A stretch of DNA of 64,000 nt from an uncultured Verrucomicrobiae bacterium (GTDB lineage Bacteria > Verrucomicrobiota > Verrucomicrobiia > Limisphaerales > UBA1096), in NCBI GenBank assembly GCA_937770485.1, contig CALJHX010000003.1:60415-124414 (forward strand), written 5' to 3'. The position numbers and the translations under genes are program-made. Under the pieces are notes generated by a model that worked only from the letters and a program-made list of their open reading frames with translations, was not told the DNA's origin and made no database searches. Shown here piece after piece: positions 8,022 through 18,304 of this stretch. Numbering within the stretch: position 1 is the stretch's first letter; the number at the start of each line of letters is the position of its first letter.

Positions 8022-10583
8022 TCATTCCCACCTAGGCTTCATCTTAAGGATGTGCTCTACAAAATAATCCATTTGTCTTCGACGACCGTAGGGGGTTCCT
8101 GCAGCGCCGTGCCCTGCACCCGGAATAAGAAGGTAGTCAAAGTCCTTATCCGCTTTAATTAAAGCATCAACGACCTGTGTCGTGCTTGCTGGATCGACAT
8201 TCCGATCAAGTTCACCCACTATCAATAATAACTTACCTTTTAGTTTGTGGGCGTGAGTGACATTGCTGTTTTGAGAGTATTCCGGGCCGACCGGCCAACC
8301 CATCCATGCCTCATTCCACCAGATTTTATCCATGCGATTGTCATGGCAGCCACAATCTGAAACACCGACCTTATAAAAGTTCCCATGATGCAGCAACCCA
8401 CTCATTGTGTTTTGACCTCCCGCTGAACCACCGTAAATACCAATATTGGACAAATCCATCTCGGGGTGTTTTTTGGCAGCAGCTTTTATCCATGGTATTC
8501 GATCCGGGAAACCGGCATCCTTAATGTTTTTCCAGCAAAAATCGTGAAATTCTTTCGAGCGCCAGTTGGTGCCCATTCCATCAATTTGGACCAGAATGAA
8601 TCCCAACTCAGCCATTCGTTGCTGACCGTAATAATCACGGAATTCTTTTGGTACATAGAAGCTATGTGGCCCAGCATAGATATTTTCTATCACTGGATAC
8701 CGCTTATCCCGGTCGAAATTAGTCGGACGCCAAATTACTCCAAAAATATCAGTTCCTCCATCTCGCCCCTTGGCCACAAAGCGTTCGGGCAACGTCCATC
8801 CGGTTTTATATAGTTTCACACAATCAGCTCGTTCCAATTCACAAATGAATTCCCCATCAGCTGAACGCAGTTCATTCACGGGAGGTTGATCCACTCGTGA
8901 CCATTTATCGATAAAGAACCGTCGGTCAGGAGACCACTGCAGTTCGTGTGTACCATTTCCCTCGGTTAAAACAGTGAAGCCTGTGCCGTCAAGATTAACA
9001 CGGCAGTGATGGATGTAATAGGGGTCCTGTTTCGGGTGAACCCCCATTCCCTGGAACCATATTTGTCGTCCGGATTCGTCAATATGTTCAACCTTTCTAA
9101 CGACCCAATTTCCATGTGTGAGAGCGTTCTTCAGTTTCTTTTTTCGCACGTCAAAAAGGTAGAGATGGTTCCATCCGTTACGTTCACTCATCCAAATCAA
9201 TTCTTCACCATCGCCAAGCCGGTATTCATAGTTTTTTTGCGAATAATCGATAAACGTGTCGCTTGTTTCTTCAACAACAGGCTTGGTTTTTCCATTTCGC
9301 GAGTTTACGGAAATTATTCTAAACACCTGATGTCCTCGCTCGTTATAATTAAAGGTAAACTCCCGTGAATCCTTTGCCCAGCGAATGCCATTGATTCGCC
9401 ACGGATTGTTAAATAATCCCTGTTCGATTTGAATTTCTTGCCTTTTGCCAACATTAAACAACTTGGGGCGTTGTTTTTCCACTCGATCACCCGGTTTCAG
9501 ATAGCTGAAGGAATGCAACTTGGGCTGCAATTGATCCTTTGGTGACGACTCAACAACATTAACAAGATGTTCCTCTTTCTTAAGCGTACGAAAAGCTGCC
9601 AACCGCTTCGAATCGGGTGACCAGTGAATGTCCCCTCTGCGATAAGAATCCTCAACAGTACCATCTTTACTGAGTTGATGATACTGACCGTTCTTGCCCT
9701 GAATCCAAAGGTTATGCTCTTTGAGCAGCACCTCCCACTTGCCATCAGGCGAACGCAAGCCTTGGGGTGGACTGTATTTCTCATGTTCAGGTCGCTTGAA
9801 GTCTTCATCTGACTCGTATGTACTCTTCTTAAATGCCGTAGTTTGGCCATCGATAATCACGGTGGGGTTTCCGGGTTTTGCCTCATAGATGCCAAGACGT
9901 TTTCCTTTTTCAGTTTCAATGAGCCAGACATGGTTTGCATATGTGTGTTGTTTGAATTCCGATTTATCGCCAATCACCTCGTAAAGATGCCGTCCGCCAT
10001 CGCCTGACACCCAAACCAAGCGAATGATCTGATCCGACACATTGCGGAATGTGACATAGGTTTCTGGCCCGCTACTGCCTGACGGACGAATGGACTCGGG
10101 GGGTTCCAGTAACAGAGGTTCATTAGAAGGTAACGTGAACTCACCCAACTCATTGTTTTTTAGGTCCAGTACCCATATATTATTTTTCCCAATCAGGTGT
10201 AGCTGATTCGGGTTATCGGTAAAAGCCAACTCATTGATTGGAAGTTTCTCAGCATCTACAGATTGGCCAAGAGTGTTAGTCAGAGTCTCAGCAACTTTGA
10301 CATGGTCGAATGCCAATTGACGTTCGCCCTTGCTGGCGTTAACCAAGACAAACTCACGTCGGTCGTTCGACAAATCGTTGCGATACCAGAAACGATCTCC
10401 GTCCGCGGACCACTTGGGATTGACATCCTTTTTGAAGACTTTATTTCGAACCTTATCTCGTAATCCCATTGCACGCTCATAATCCGCTTTGGACCCCTGC
10501 GCGAAAAGCTGTGTCATACAATTAAAGCTGACGACAAAAAGCGCGAAGCCAAGACGAATGATATTGTTTGAAAACACAGCCAA
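8022..10583 (-). CDS. S9B family dipeptidyl-peptidase IV-like serine peptidase
   Basis: 853 aa. The N-terminal part is a DPP-IV-type propeller region (repeated W.pDg.. motifs). The C-terminal part is an alpha/beta hydrolase with nucleophile box IYGGSAGGQ and downstream D and H. TTG or GTG start. Confidence 0.85.
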   Translation of the reverse strand: MAVFSNNIIRLGFALFVVSFNCMTQLFAQGSKADYERAMGLRDKVRNKVFKKDVNPKWSADGDRFWYRNDLSNDRREFVLVNASKGERQLAFDHVKVAETLTNTLGQSVDAEKLPINELAFTDNPNQLHLIGKNNIWVLDLKNNELGEFTLPSNEPLLLEPPESIRPSGSSGPETYVTFRNVSDQIIRLVWVSGDGGRHLYEVIGDKSEFKQHTYANHVWLIETEKGKRLGIYEAKPGNPTVIIDGQTTAFKKSTYESDEDFKRPEHEKYSPPQGLRSPDGKWEVLLKEHNLWIQGKNGQYHQLSKDGTVEDSYRRGDIHWSPDSKRLAAFRTLKKEEHLVNVVESSPKDQLQPKLHSFSYLKPGDRVEKQRPKLFNVGKRQEIQIEQGLFNNPWRINGIRWAKDSREFTFNYNERGHQVFRIISVNSRNGKTKPVVEETSDTFIDYSQKNYEYRLGDGEELIWMSERNGWNHLYLFDVRKKKLKNALTHGNWVVRKVEHIDESGRQIWFQGMGVHPKQDPYYIHHCRVNLDGTGFTVLTEGNGTHELQWSPDRRFFIDKWSRVDQPPVNELRSADGEFICELERADCVKLYKTGWTLPERFVAKGRDGGTDIFGVIWRPTNFDRDKRYPVIENIYAGPHSFYVPKEFRDYYGQQRMAELGFILVQIDGMGTNWRSKEFHDFCWKNIKDAGFPDRIPWIKAAAKKHPEMDLSNIGIYGGSAGGQNTMSGLLHHGNFYKVGVSDCGCHDNRMDKIWWNEAWMGWPVGPEYSQNSNVTHAHKLKGKLLLIVGELDRNVDPASTTQVVDALIKADKDFDYLLIPGAGHGAAGTPYGRRRQMDYFVEHILKMKPRWE

Positions 10584-10680
10584 AAGTTTGGTGTGTATTC
10601 AGCAGAATATCAAGCCGTAGATGTTGGGCGAATAAGATTTTAAATGACTGCGAGAAGTTGAAGCCCTAAGGACTTATCTG

Positions 10681-10745
10681 GCTCCTTTGAGCTTTTAATT
10701 CTTCAATCGCTTTGCTGCCGTGTTTGCCGAGGAGGCTGACGGTTT
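10681..10745 (-). repeat. Cassette 3' relic (KTVSLLGKHGSKAIEELKAQRS..) directly after the CotH gene stop
   Basis: The minus strand reads ..CTCCTCGGCAAACACGGCAGCAAAGCGATTGAAGAATTAAAAGCTCAAAGG. Confidence 0.6.
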
Positions 10746-10760
10746 TTCAGATTCTTAGTC

Positions 10761-13700
10761 TCACATCGAGAGGTTTCGGTGTGTCCAGTTGCCGTCAAAA
10801 GTTAGTTGATGTACGGATGTTCCCTCTCCCTGGTAAATATAGTGTCTCGTCCCAACTTTGCCGTCAATCCAGCCTGTTGGATCACCTATTGCATTTGGGG
10901 CATTGGCAAGCTCGGTAGGTTTGGTCATTTCCCATGTTTCACCTCGAAGCACATACTCCCGGATGGTTCCCTGCATGTCTCGGAACGCCAAATAGTGTTT
11001 AGCATTCGAAGAACCACTTAAAAGATGGAAAGTTCCAGCAACTTGATCGGTAGTTCCTTCAATTGACAACAAATCCTTAAACCGCTGTCCGATATCCATA
11101 GCGTAAACCAGCGTGTTGCGCTTGCCTTGATAAGTGCGATAACCCGGCACCCGCTTACGCTCGTTCCAATCGAAGACGAACGGAGCCCGTCTTGGCCAGT
11201 CGCTGGCAGCTAGAAAGACTGCATTGCGCCTGCCATTTACAGTCAGCCCAAACGGTTGGCCAGCTGCGGGCAGTCTATGCACACCCCTCTTTGTTATCCA
11301 TTGTCGTCTATCTTTGGTCGCGGCTCTCAGGTCAAGCGATTGTTCGTAAGATACTCCGTACATGGAGCGATATATCACATGTAATGTGGACCCGTTGAGT
11401 GCCGCCACAGCCCCGCCCTCGGCACGAGGCAAAGCGGGCAGGGGATAGTGCCGCCACAGCCCGTCATACCATAACTCATGAACCCGTCCCTTTTCATCAA
11501 CATAAAAAACGTGTGGCTTGCCGTTTGCAACGACTACCGAAGGATCTGATGCTGCTTTCGGCAAGCCAAGGGTCAAATTATACCCGTTCCACTTGCCGTC
11601 TAGACTAGCGTTCGAGTCACTGGAGTACTCATAAAGGTGACCGTTCGTTACACGATAAACTATCCTTCGTTCATCCTTTGAAAGAGCATACAACGCAGGG
11701 CGCCCAGCGGGTGGAGGTGAAACAGGCAAACTTCTTATTGTCCATTTATCTTCATCGGGTGCAGCAATGAGTTCCTGCCACTTGCCTTCTGAAGATCGGC
11801 GAACAATGTGCCGATACCCCGCTTGATTTTGAAAGCGAGCAAGTCCCAAGTTGGAATTTGGCTTGTTGCGGTATGCAAAATATTCATCTGTGCATTTCTG
11901 GAAAAATGCTCCGCCAATGCTGGCAAACTCCTCAACCTCCTTGATTTTACGTCGCCAATTATCGATATTATAGTTGCGCAATTGGTATGTGTTCTCTACT
12001 TCGGCTGCTATTAAGTCACTCTGCTGACGGATCCGCAGCAGCACGTTTTCCTTAGACAGTGCTCCCCTCAAGTGGCGCCGAACTTCACTCTGATAATACT
12101 TACGATAGTCACGGTTCCCGAGTAGGACGGCAAACATCTTTCTTTGAAGAGCGAAACCATACGCACCTCCGCTATCAATAAATGCGTAAGCGTCTGTGTC
12201 GGGTTTATAAGGTCCGCCGCGTATCCCCCATTCGGCATCCCAGCACATGAAATGCCACTTGCCGTCAGGCCGGCGGCGAGCAGCGTACCAGTTGTTGTGA
12301 GGCCAGTCGTAGTTCTGCCCCCAAAGGTTTACAATCATATAAGAAGTAAAGTCCTCGATATCGACGCGCGCTTTCAACATCTCGTAGTTTTCCGGACGCG
12401 AAAAATCATTTGAAGAGATGAACTCTTCCAACTCATCCCAACCATCGCGCGTGCCGCTAAGTAACGTACGGCCAGTTTTCATAATATCGAACTCCCCCTT
12501 TCCGGTGTGCGACGCCATAAACTCCTCATCCATCCGTTCAACGACGTTGTACACCCCATAATTTACGCCGTTGACGTAAAGGAGGTACCACGTACCGTTT
12601 GAGATGAGGCCTCCCATGTCCTTGTGCAGATCACGCATTAATTGATCTCGAATGTAGGCTCCCCCCGGAGGTCGGTCATTGGCATTGGCCCGCAAGACAA
12701 GTTTGTCGAAATTCTTCACATCAGCCGTGGGGATGATGTTGTATTTCACCTTGGGCGAACCATAGACATCCCGGAAATAGGTACGGTAAGACTTTTTGGT
12801 TTTGAAGTCGCCGCGGCGACCGGCACCACCGTGCAGCCTTAACCCAAAACCTGTCGCAACCTTGCGGTTCCCCTTGGTGTTGAACAGCTCCAGATGTGAC
12901 GCCCGTTCGCTGCCTCGCCCAGTGGCGCTGCTTCGCATGTGCACTTCGTAAAAATCTCCTGGCTTCATCGAGATCGACATCACAGGCAACGTAGGCCGAC
13001 GCCCGACGATATAGGTTGCCGACTCTATCTCCCCCAAGCGCTCCCTGCCGATGAATGCTGCCGCACGAAAAAGCCCTGTTTTATCCAACCGCACCGGACC
13101 ATCCACTCGGGTGCTTTTTACAACCGGCTCCGAGCCGTCCTGCGTGTATCGGATGTCCACTTCGGTCGACGCATTCACTGTGATTTGCACCTCGACATCG
13201 GCATCGTGAAAACCTGGCTTGGGTGTGAACTTTAGTTTGGACTTTAACGGCCCGGTTTGTTGGGGGCCGTCGTTGGCTGCACCCGGGGTGGGCGTCAGGA
13301 AATATCCCCAATCAGCTTCCGCTGTTTGAGCCCTGCCATATGATTGGTCGCTGGCTTGTTGGTCGTATAGAACGCTATCCATGACTCGCCCCTCCGGACC
13401 AATCAGCTGCAATTGACCGCCTTCCTTCAGTAGTCGAAAACTGGCGTGCAAAGTGGTGGGTAAAACCCCCAGCCCCGCTTTCAGACTCATGTCGGAGCTC
13501 CCACGACTTGAGTTTAACCCCGCGATGGCGAGCATGTTATCGCCTCTGCGCAAAAGACTCGCATGTGCCGAAAGGTCGAACCGATCTGCCACTCCGGCCT
13601 CGCGTGCGTTTGTGGCGAGGCTGTCCAACTGTATTTCACCCTTGGCGGCGTTTAACTCAGCAACGCGGATGCCGTTCAGGTAGGCGACGAATCCATCGTC

Positions 13701-14306
13701 AAAATCCACCTCCAACACAATCGACTCCGACATCGGGAGTTCGTCGACCCGAAACTTGTGCCGCAGCAAAACCAGTGTCGTTCCTACCGGGAGTTCGGTT
13801 GCGTCATCCTCGTCCCCAAATCCAAAGCCCGCTTGTCCAAGCTCAAACGTGCTATCATCGAAATCCAATCTCGTCCAATCGGTGGGCACTTCCCCTTTAT
13901 TTGCCGGGGCGAGATACTTCCACTTTGCGTTGGAAGGGATCAATGTTGATTCAAACGGAAGCGTTGCCACCGAGGTTCGCAATGCTTCAGGGGAGAGGGT
14001 TACTCGATCCAGCCCGGACATCCAGATAACGCGAAATCCGCCCGGCGCAATAGCGATATTTGGCAACTGCCACCCATCCGCTGGAGCCTCCGACTTGGCC
14101 AAGCGATACCCACCCAATCGGAGCACTTTGCTGCCGGTGTTGTGGAGTTCAACCCAATCGCTGCTGTTTCCCTCGTCATCCAACAAACCGTGTCGGTTCG
14201 AGGCCTGAAGTTCGTTGATCCGAAGCGAATCAATCGGTGTAAGTGGTTCGGCTGCGGCCCTCACCAGAAGCACAGCTGAGATTATTGAGAGTAGTAGGTA
14301 TTTCAT
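10761..14306 (-). CDS. CotH kinase-family protein with an N-terminal lamin-tail domain and C-terminal lectin-like beta-propeller repeats
   Basis: LTD: LRINELQASN..DWVELHNTG..LGGYRL. CotH: KKSYRTYF..LVLRANANDRP..IRDQLMRDLHKDMGG..YLLYVNGVNYGVYNVVERMDEEF..NWYAARRRPDGKWHFMCWDAEW. The C-terminus has repeated W/Y-rich blades. I prefer the start at MKYLLLSIISAVLL (14306), which overlaps the upstream stop as ATGA. Confidence 0.85.
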   Translation of the reverse strand: MKYLLLSIISAVLLVRAAAEPLTPIDSLRINELQASNRHGLLDDEGNSSDWVELHNTGSKVLRLGGYRLAKSEAPADGWQLPNIAIAPGGFRVIWMSGLDRVTLSPEALRTSVATLPFESTLIPSNAKWKYLAPANKGEVPTDWTRLDFDDSTFELGQAGFGFGDEDDATELPVGTTLVLLRHKFRVDELPMSESIVLEVDFDDGFVAYLNGIRVAELNAAKGEIQLDSLATNAREAGVADRFDLSAHASLLRRGDNMLAIAGLNSSRGSSDMSLKAGLGVLPTTLHASFRLLKEGGQLQLIGPEGRVMDSVLYDQQASDQSYGRAQTAEADWGYFLTPTPGAANDGPQQTGPLKSKLKFTPKPGFHDADVEVQITVNASTEVDIRYTQDGSEPVVKSTRVDGPVRLDKTGLFRAAAFIGRERLGEIESATYIVGRRPTLPVMSISMKPGDFYEVHMRSSATGRGSERASHLELFNTKGNRKVATGFGLRLHGGAGRRGDFKTKKSYRTYFRDVYGSPKVKYNIIPTADVKNFDKLVLRANANDRPPGGAYIRDQLMRDLHKDMGGLISNGTWYLLYVNGVNYGVYNVVERMDEEFMASHTGKGEFDIMKTGRTLLSGTRDGWDELEEFISSNDFSRPENYEMLKARVDIEDFTSYMIVNLWGQNYDWPHNNWYAARRRPDGKWHFMCWDAEWGIRGGPYKPDTDAYAFIDSGGAYGFALQRKMFAVLLGNRDYRKYYQSEVRRHLRGALSKENVLLRIRQQSDLIAAEVENTYQLRNYNIDNWRRKIKEVEEFASIGGAFFQKCTDEYFAYRNKPNSNLGLARFQNQAGYRHIVRRSSEGKWQELIAAPDEDKWTIRSLPVSPPPAGRPALYALSKDERRIVYRVTNGHLYEYSSDSNASLDGKWNGYNLTLGLPKAASDPSVVVANGKPHVFYVDEKGRVHELWYDGLWRHYPLPALPRAEGGAVAALNGSTLHVIYRSMYGVSYEQSLDLRAATKDRRQWITKRGVHRLPAAGQPFGLTVNGRRNAVFLAASDWPRRAPFVFDWNERKRVPGYRTYQGKRNTLVYAMDIGQRFKDLLSIEGTTDQVAGTFHLLSGSSNAKHYLAFRDMQGTIREYVLRGETWEMTKPTELANAPNAIGDPTGWIDGKVGTRHYIYQGEGTSVHQLTFDGNWTHRNLSM

Positions 14307-15151
14307 TTCTTTCGGTTCTGAGAGAACATCCACTCCATAAACCCATCAGTGAAGTAAGCGAAGTCATCAATAACGTGACCTTGTGATTTGTATTCGTGAT
14401 ATCTGACGTCGACGGCACCAGCTTCCTTTAGAGCCTTGAAGCTGATACGTGATCCTTTGACCCCTTTATCGCCATCACCGTTGAAGATCCAAATTGGGAT
14501 TTGCTTGATGGGATTTGCTTCTTCAGCATTTTGCGGGCCGTGGAAGTAGCCAGATAGAGGAGCAGCGGCTGCAAACTTGTTTGGGAATATCCTGATAAAA
14601 TTCCACGTGCCCTGGCCTCCTCTAGAAAAACCGGTCAAGTAGAGTCTATTCACGTCTACATTAGGGGTATTTGGGTTATCATTCAGTTCAGCAACCATGT
14701 CATCAAGGGCATTAATGGTCATCGTTCGATATTTGTCGCTAGACCAGTTGTCCTCTTTCTTCTGATTCCGTGGCACGAAAAGAATGTGAGGATGGGCTTT
14801 TTGAATCTTTGGCAGCGACCACACCCCCTTGGGGAAACCTTTGTGCGTATCGATCGTAAGGTCAGTATAGCCATGAAGAAAAGTCACCACCGGATACTTC
14901 ACACCGGCCTTGAGATGTTTCGGGACATAGAAGTGATAAGGCAGCCCGCTTTTGTGTTTCCGATCTTTGTAAAGTGAATTAAGGTTCTTTATTGATCCAA
15001 TCTTGTCTCTAACCGCCTTAAGTTTTTTGGTTTCTTCTATGTGGATAATTCTAGAAACACCGGTCTTAGCAATGGCTAGTTGCACTACAGTGAAACAGAG
15101 GATTAGCGTAAAATAAGTTTTATTTTGGGTGTATTGTTTCTTGAGATTCAT
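14303..15151 (-). CDS. Secreted alpha/beta-hydrolase (esterase or peptidase-like, GxSxG)
   Basis: 282 aa. YPVVTFLHG, the nucleophile elbow LTGFSRGGQG, and C-terminal ..H.. motifs are typical of carbohydrate-esterase or PHB-depolymerase-like hydrolases. Confidence 0.7.
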   Translation of the reverse strand: MNLKKQYTQNKTYFTLILCFTVVQLAIAKTGVSRIIHIEETKKLKAVRDKIGSIKNLNSLYKDRKHKSGLPYHFYVPKHLKAGVKYPVVTFLHGYTDLTIDTHKGFPKGVWSLPKIQKAHPHILFVPRNQKKEDNWSSDKYRTMTINALDDMVAELNDNPNTPNVDVNRLYLTGFSRGGQGTWNFIRIFPNKFAAAAPLSGYFHGPQNAEEANPIKQIPIWIFNGDGDKGVKGSRISFKALKEAGAVDVRYHEYKSQGHVIDDFAYFTDGFMEWMFSQNRKK

Positions 15152-15250
15152 TTTTCCTGCCTGGGACTGTTTCGGTTTCGGCCAGGGTAGTGGGGTTCAC
15201 GGCGAGTCGTTGCAGGGACGATTGTAGACGGGCGCGAAGCGCTGGGTCAA
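15152..15250 (-). promoter_or_regulatory. Sigma70-like promoter (TTGACC-N18-TACAAT) plus ~60-nt leader, copy A of a duplicated promoter/leader
   Basis: On the minus strand the -35 is at 15250-15245 and the -10 at 15226-15221. About 110 nt align with 26180-26284, which ends at another ATGAATC start. Confidence 0.5.
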
Positions 15251-15397
15251 GATGGGGGCTGGCCCGGGCAGTGATTGAGTACTGGTCGATATCCTCGCCG
15301 AGGGAGTGACCGTGGTTGTTGAACATCCCAAGATTAAAGATGGCTCAGGCGGCCCAAATCGTGTCATGGCCATAGTTTAGCACTTGGCCAAACGGGG

Positions 15398-18124
15398 TTA
15401 GTCAGCTGGAATAAGAGGCTCTTCGACCAGTAATTTTACGAGGGAGGGCTCCATGGCCCTGGCCCAAGCGGCGTAGCCTTGTTGGTTTGGGTGTGAGCCG
15501 TCAGGGATGAGGTTTTGGCGAAGTCTGCGACCGTTGAGAAAGGCTTCGTTGATGTTTAGGTAATGCACCATTCTGCCGTCGCCAATATCTGAGATGAGTT
15601 CATTGACTTTCATGTTGATCTGCCTTGCTCTGTCATCGTCCCCCCCGCCTCGTGGGAAGATTGCTAGGACAAGAACCTTGGTTTGCGGTAGTTTTTTTCG
15701 GAGTTTTTTGACAATTAACCGGATATCGCGGGCGCTGATTTCCGGAGGACTGCTCATGTGGTTGTTGGTGCCGATCATCAGCACTGCCAGCTTGGGTGAG
15801 ATGCCGTCGATATTGCCGTTTTCGATTCGCCATAAAACATGTTCGGTGCGGTCGCCGCTGATCGCTAAATTTACGGCGTTGCGATTGGCGTAGTATTGAT
15901 CCCAGACTTTTTTGCCGGCTTTATCCCACCAGTGGGTGATAGAGTCGCCGATCATGATAAGGTCGACATTTCCTTTCTTGACTCGTTTGTTGATAGAGTT
16001 GTGCCGCTCCAGCCAAGCGGACTTGTGCCAGCGCGGCTCGGGGCGGGCGGTGATGATTCTGTCGCCGTCGCTCATCCGCCAGGTGGGAATGCTGACGTTG
16101 TCGTAAGTGACGGTGGTGGTGACTTTTTTGAGTTGAGAACAGGCGGGTAGCCCGATGTAAAATTTTCGACTCATCGGGATTTCAACAGAACCGAGTTCCT
16201 GCCAATGAAATCCGTCGGGCGACATGTACCCTGTGAACCGGTCCCGGAAACGGATGAGCCGAACCCAGTAAGGGGTGCTTAGTCGGTTCTTTTTGATGAT
16301 ATGTTTTTCGCTCAACTGCCTCTTGCCATGGATGGTTGTTGTGCCTCCACTTTCCATTCGCGTGACCAAGGCCCCGCTCCAATGTGGTAATAGCAAAACG
16401 GATGCGTGTCGTGAATCGGCGTCGAGGCTTTCGCGCATCATGACGCCGGGCTTGGTCCATTGCGAACTCATGGGGCGAATGATACGCGCAGTGATGGTTC
16501 CTTCGCCAATGAAGGGAGCGAAAGCGAAATGTAATTTGTCACTTTCCCCATTAATATCGCTGCCTTCTCCTTCGAGCGTGAAGTTTCTGCCGTTGAATTC
16601 CGTGAAGCCAGAAATTCCAACATTGCCAATGTCCAGACTCAGCCAAGGATCCGGCAAACCCGCACTAGCTCGGAGTTCTGCGGAAGCAGTGCTGGCGCCG
16701 ATTTTATTCGCCGCTTTGACAACGTAAAAATAGAGGCCGCCGCGCTGTAAGTCTGTGTCGTGAAATTCAGGTGCAGAAACTTTGTCGGCGATTACTTGGT
16801 AGGGCCCACCGGATTTGATGGCACGGTGAATCGAATAATTTTCCGCATCAGTATAGCTTACCGGATCGACCGACTTTACCCAAGTAAGCTTGATTCCCTG
16901 ATCGCTTGTGCGCGCAACGAGCCCCGCTGGAATGCCGGGAGCTTGGTTTGCTTTGCCTTGGGTCAGTTGTGGCCGCCAATGTACAAGTGTGCCCAGCCCG
17001 ACATGATCGCGATTGTGGTTTTCCGGCATCTGCATTTCAGCGACCTTCGCTGAATAGGGTGCCGGAATGCCTCGGCGATTTTGATAATGATGGTAGGACC
17101 GTTCGAAGATGGGCCAAAAGCCACCCCGACTGACTGTGGAGATTTTGTTATATTTGTTGTGGCGACCTCCGAACCCATATTTGCCGGTGCGATCGAGGTA
17201 ATGCTGATACGGCACCTCTTCGCCGAGGCCGTATTTTGCGGTATACTCGAAGCCTTTCAGAATGCGATTGTCGCCCCAGCCGTAAAGATCAACACCCTGA
17301 TTCCAAGCAACTTCCGCGGCGCTCCCAAGCAGGCCAAGGCCAAGTTGAGCGTAATGTTGGGCGCGACTTGTCTCCTGACATTGGCCGGTCGGATAGACGA
17401 TCATGTGTGGGATGCTGCCGTTGCCGGCTCCGTTCACGGCGTACCGCACCGTCCTCTCAAATAGTTTGCGATCATTGCAAAACACTGCAATCGCCATGTT
17501 GGTCTGTAGTGCCGCCGTTTCCCAATTTCCGTTTGCGAAATAAGCGTAGTGCTTGATCGTCGGATACCATACCTCCACAAACGATTTCTCGCAGCGCTTG
17601 GCCTCGCTCTCCGTCCAGCCGGAGTCTGTGTAACGCAGAATCTCGGCCGCATTGGCAAACTTGAAACCCTGCAATCCGGACGCGAGTACACCGTCGATAC
17701 CACTCACTTTTTTCAAGGTGCGAGCCCAAGCGTTCACAATTTTGATTGCCTTGTCGGCGTGGGCTTGTTTGCCGGTAATTACCCACATGAGAGAGTTTTG
17801 ATAAGCCGCCTTGGCATCACTTTGGGCGATACCGGTATTGATGTTAGGCGCTCGCCCCCATTCCTCAACCGGCCCCCGCATTTTGTAGTCCGCCTTCGCA
17901 TTGTCACTTTGTTCCAAAACCTTGAACCCTTCGTAAATCGGTCCCTTCTTTTTAGCAACCGCCTCCTTCATCCGAACAATATCCTCCCTGCTATGGAGTA
18001 GCCCGGGATGGATGAACCCATCCGCAGCATATCCCATTAATGATGTGACCAAAAATATTGTTACTAAACTTATTTTGAAAAAAAATTTCACACTAAGATC
18101 ACTTTGGGAAAATCGTCTTTTCAA
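15398..18124 (-). CDS. Multidomain secreted protein: alginate-lyase-like (alpha/alpha) domain, FN3, ConA-like beta-sandwich, SGNH/GDSL hydrolase
   Basis: 908 aa. N-terminus HPGLLHSREDIVRMKEAV..AYQNSLMW..NAWARTL. FN3 segment ..IKLTWVKS..YSIHRA..YFYVVKA. C-terminal SGNH blocks: IMIGDSIT, GTNN, DGSHPN. Confidence 0.7.
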   Translation of the reverse strand: MKRRFSQSDLSVKFFFKISLVTIFLVTSLMGYAADGFIHPGLLHSREDIVRMKEAVAKKKGPIYEGFKVLEQSDNAKADYKMRGPVEEWGRAPNINTGIAQSDAKAAYQNSLMWVITGKQAHADKAIKIVNAWARTLKKVSGIDGVLASGLQGFKFANAAEILRYTDSGWTESEAKRCEKSFVEVWYPTIKHYAYFANGNWETAALQTNMAIAVFCNDRKLFERTVRYAVNGAGNGSIPHMIVYPTGQCQETSRAQHYAQLGLGLLGSAAEVAWNQGVDLYGWGDNRILKGFEYTAKYGLGEEVPYQHYLDRTGKYGFGGRHNKYNKISTVSRGGFWPIFERSYHHYQNRRGIPAPYSAKVAEMQMPENHNRDHVGLGTLVHWRPQLTQGKANQAPGIPAGLVARTSDQGIKLTWVKSVDPVSYTDAENYSIHRAIKSGGPYQVIADKVSAPEFHDTDLQRGGLYFYVVKAANKIGASTASAELRASAGLPDPWLSLDIGNVGISGFTEFNGRNFTLEGEGSDINGESDKLHFAFAPFIGEGTITARIIRPMSSQWTKPGVMMRESLDADSRHASVLLLPHWSGALVTRMESGGTTTIHGKRQLSEKHIIKKNRLSTPYWVRLIRFRDRFTGYMSPDGFHWQELGSVEIPMSRKFYIGLPACSQLKKVTTTVTYDNVSIPTWRMSDGDRIITARPEPRWHKSAWLERHNSINKRVKKGNVDLIMIGDSITHWWDKAGKKVWDQYYANRNAVNLAISGDRTEHVLWRIENGNIDGISPKLAVLMIGTNNHMSSPPEISARDIRLIVKKLRKKLPQTKVLVLAIFPRGGGDDDRARQINMKVNELISDIGDGRMVHYLNINEAFLNGRRLRQNLIPDGSHPNQQGYAAWARAMEPSLVKLLVEEPLIPAD

Positions 18125-18304
18125 GATTTCAACGATGTGGCGGCCTTGTTTTGGATAAACAAAAAAAGTGGGCAGTTTCGCCTGCTGTTCTCTGGATACT
18201 CATTATTCCTTGTAGGTTCCTCTCTACGAGGTGTCGTCCGTTACTTTGAAAATCTACAATGGCAAATGGGGCTGTTTCCACAAGTTCGAGGCTGTGTGTG
18301 GTCA

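Noticed and set aside
15120-15326. ORFs 15120-15326 (minus) and 25899-26219 (plus) share the peptide PHLDP.LRARL, which suggests a small conserved protein.
   Set aside because: The shared stretch coincides with the TTGACC-N18-TAnnAT promoter-like element and leader that precede two real genes. Similarity does not extend in frame beyond the element, so a duplicated non-coding sequence is the simpler reading.
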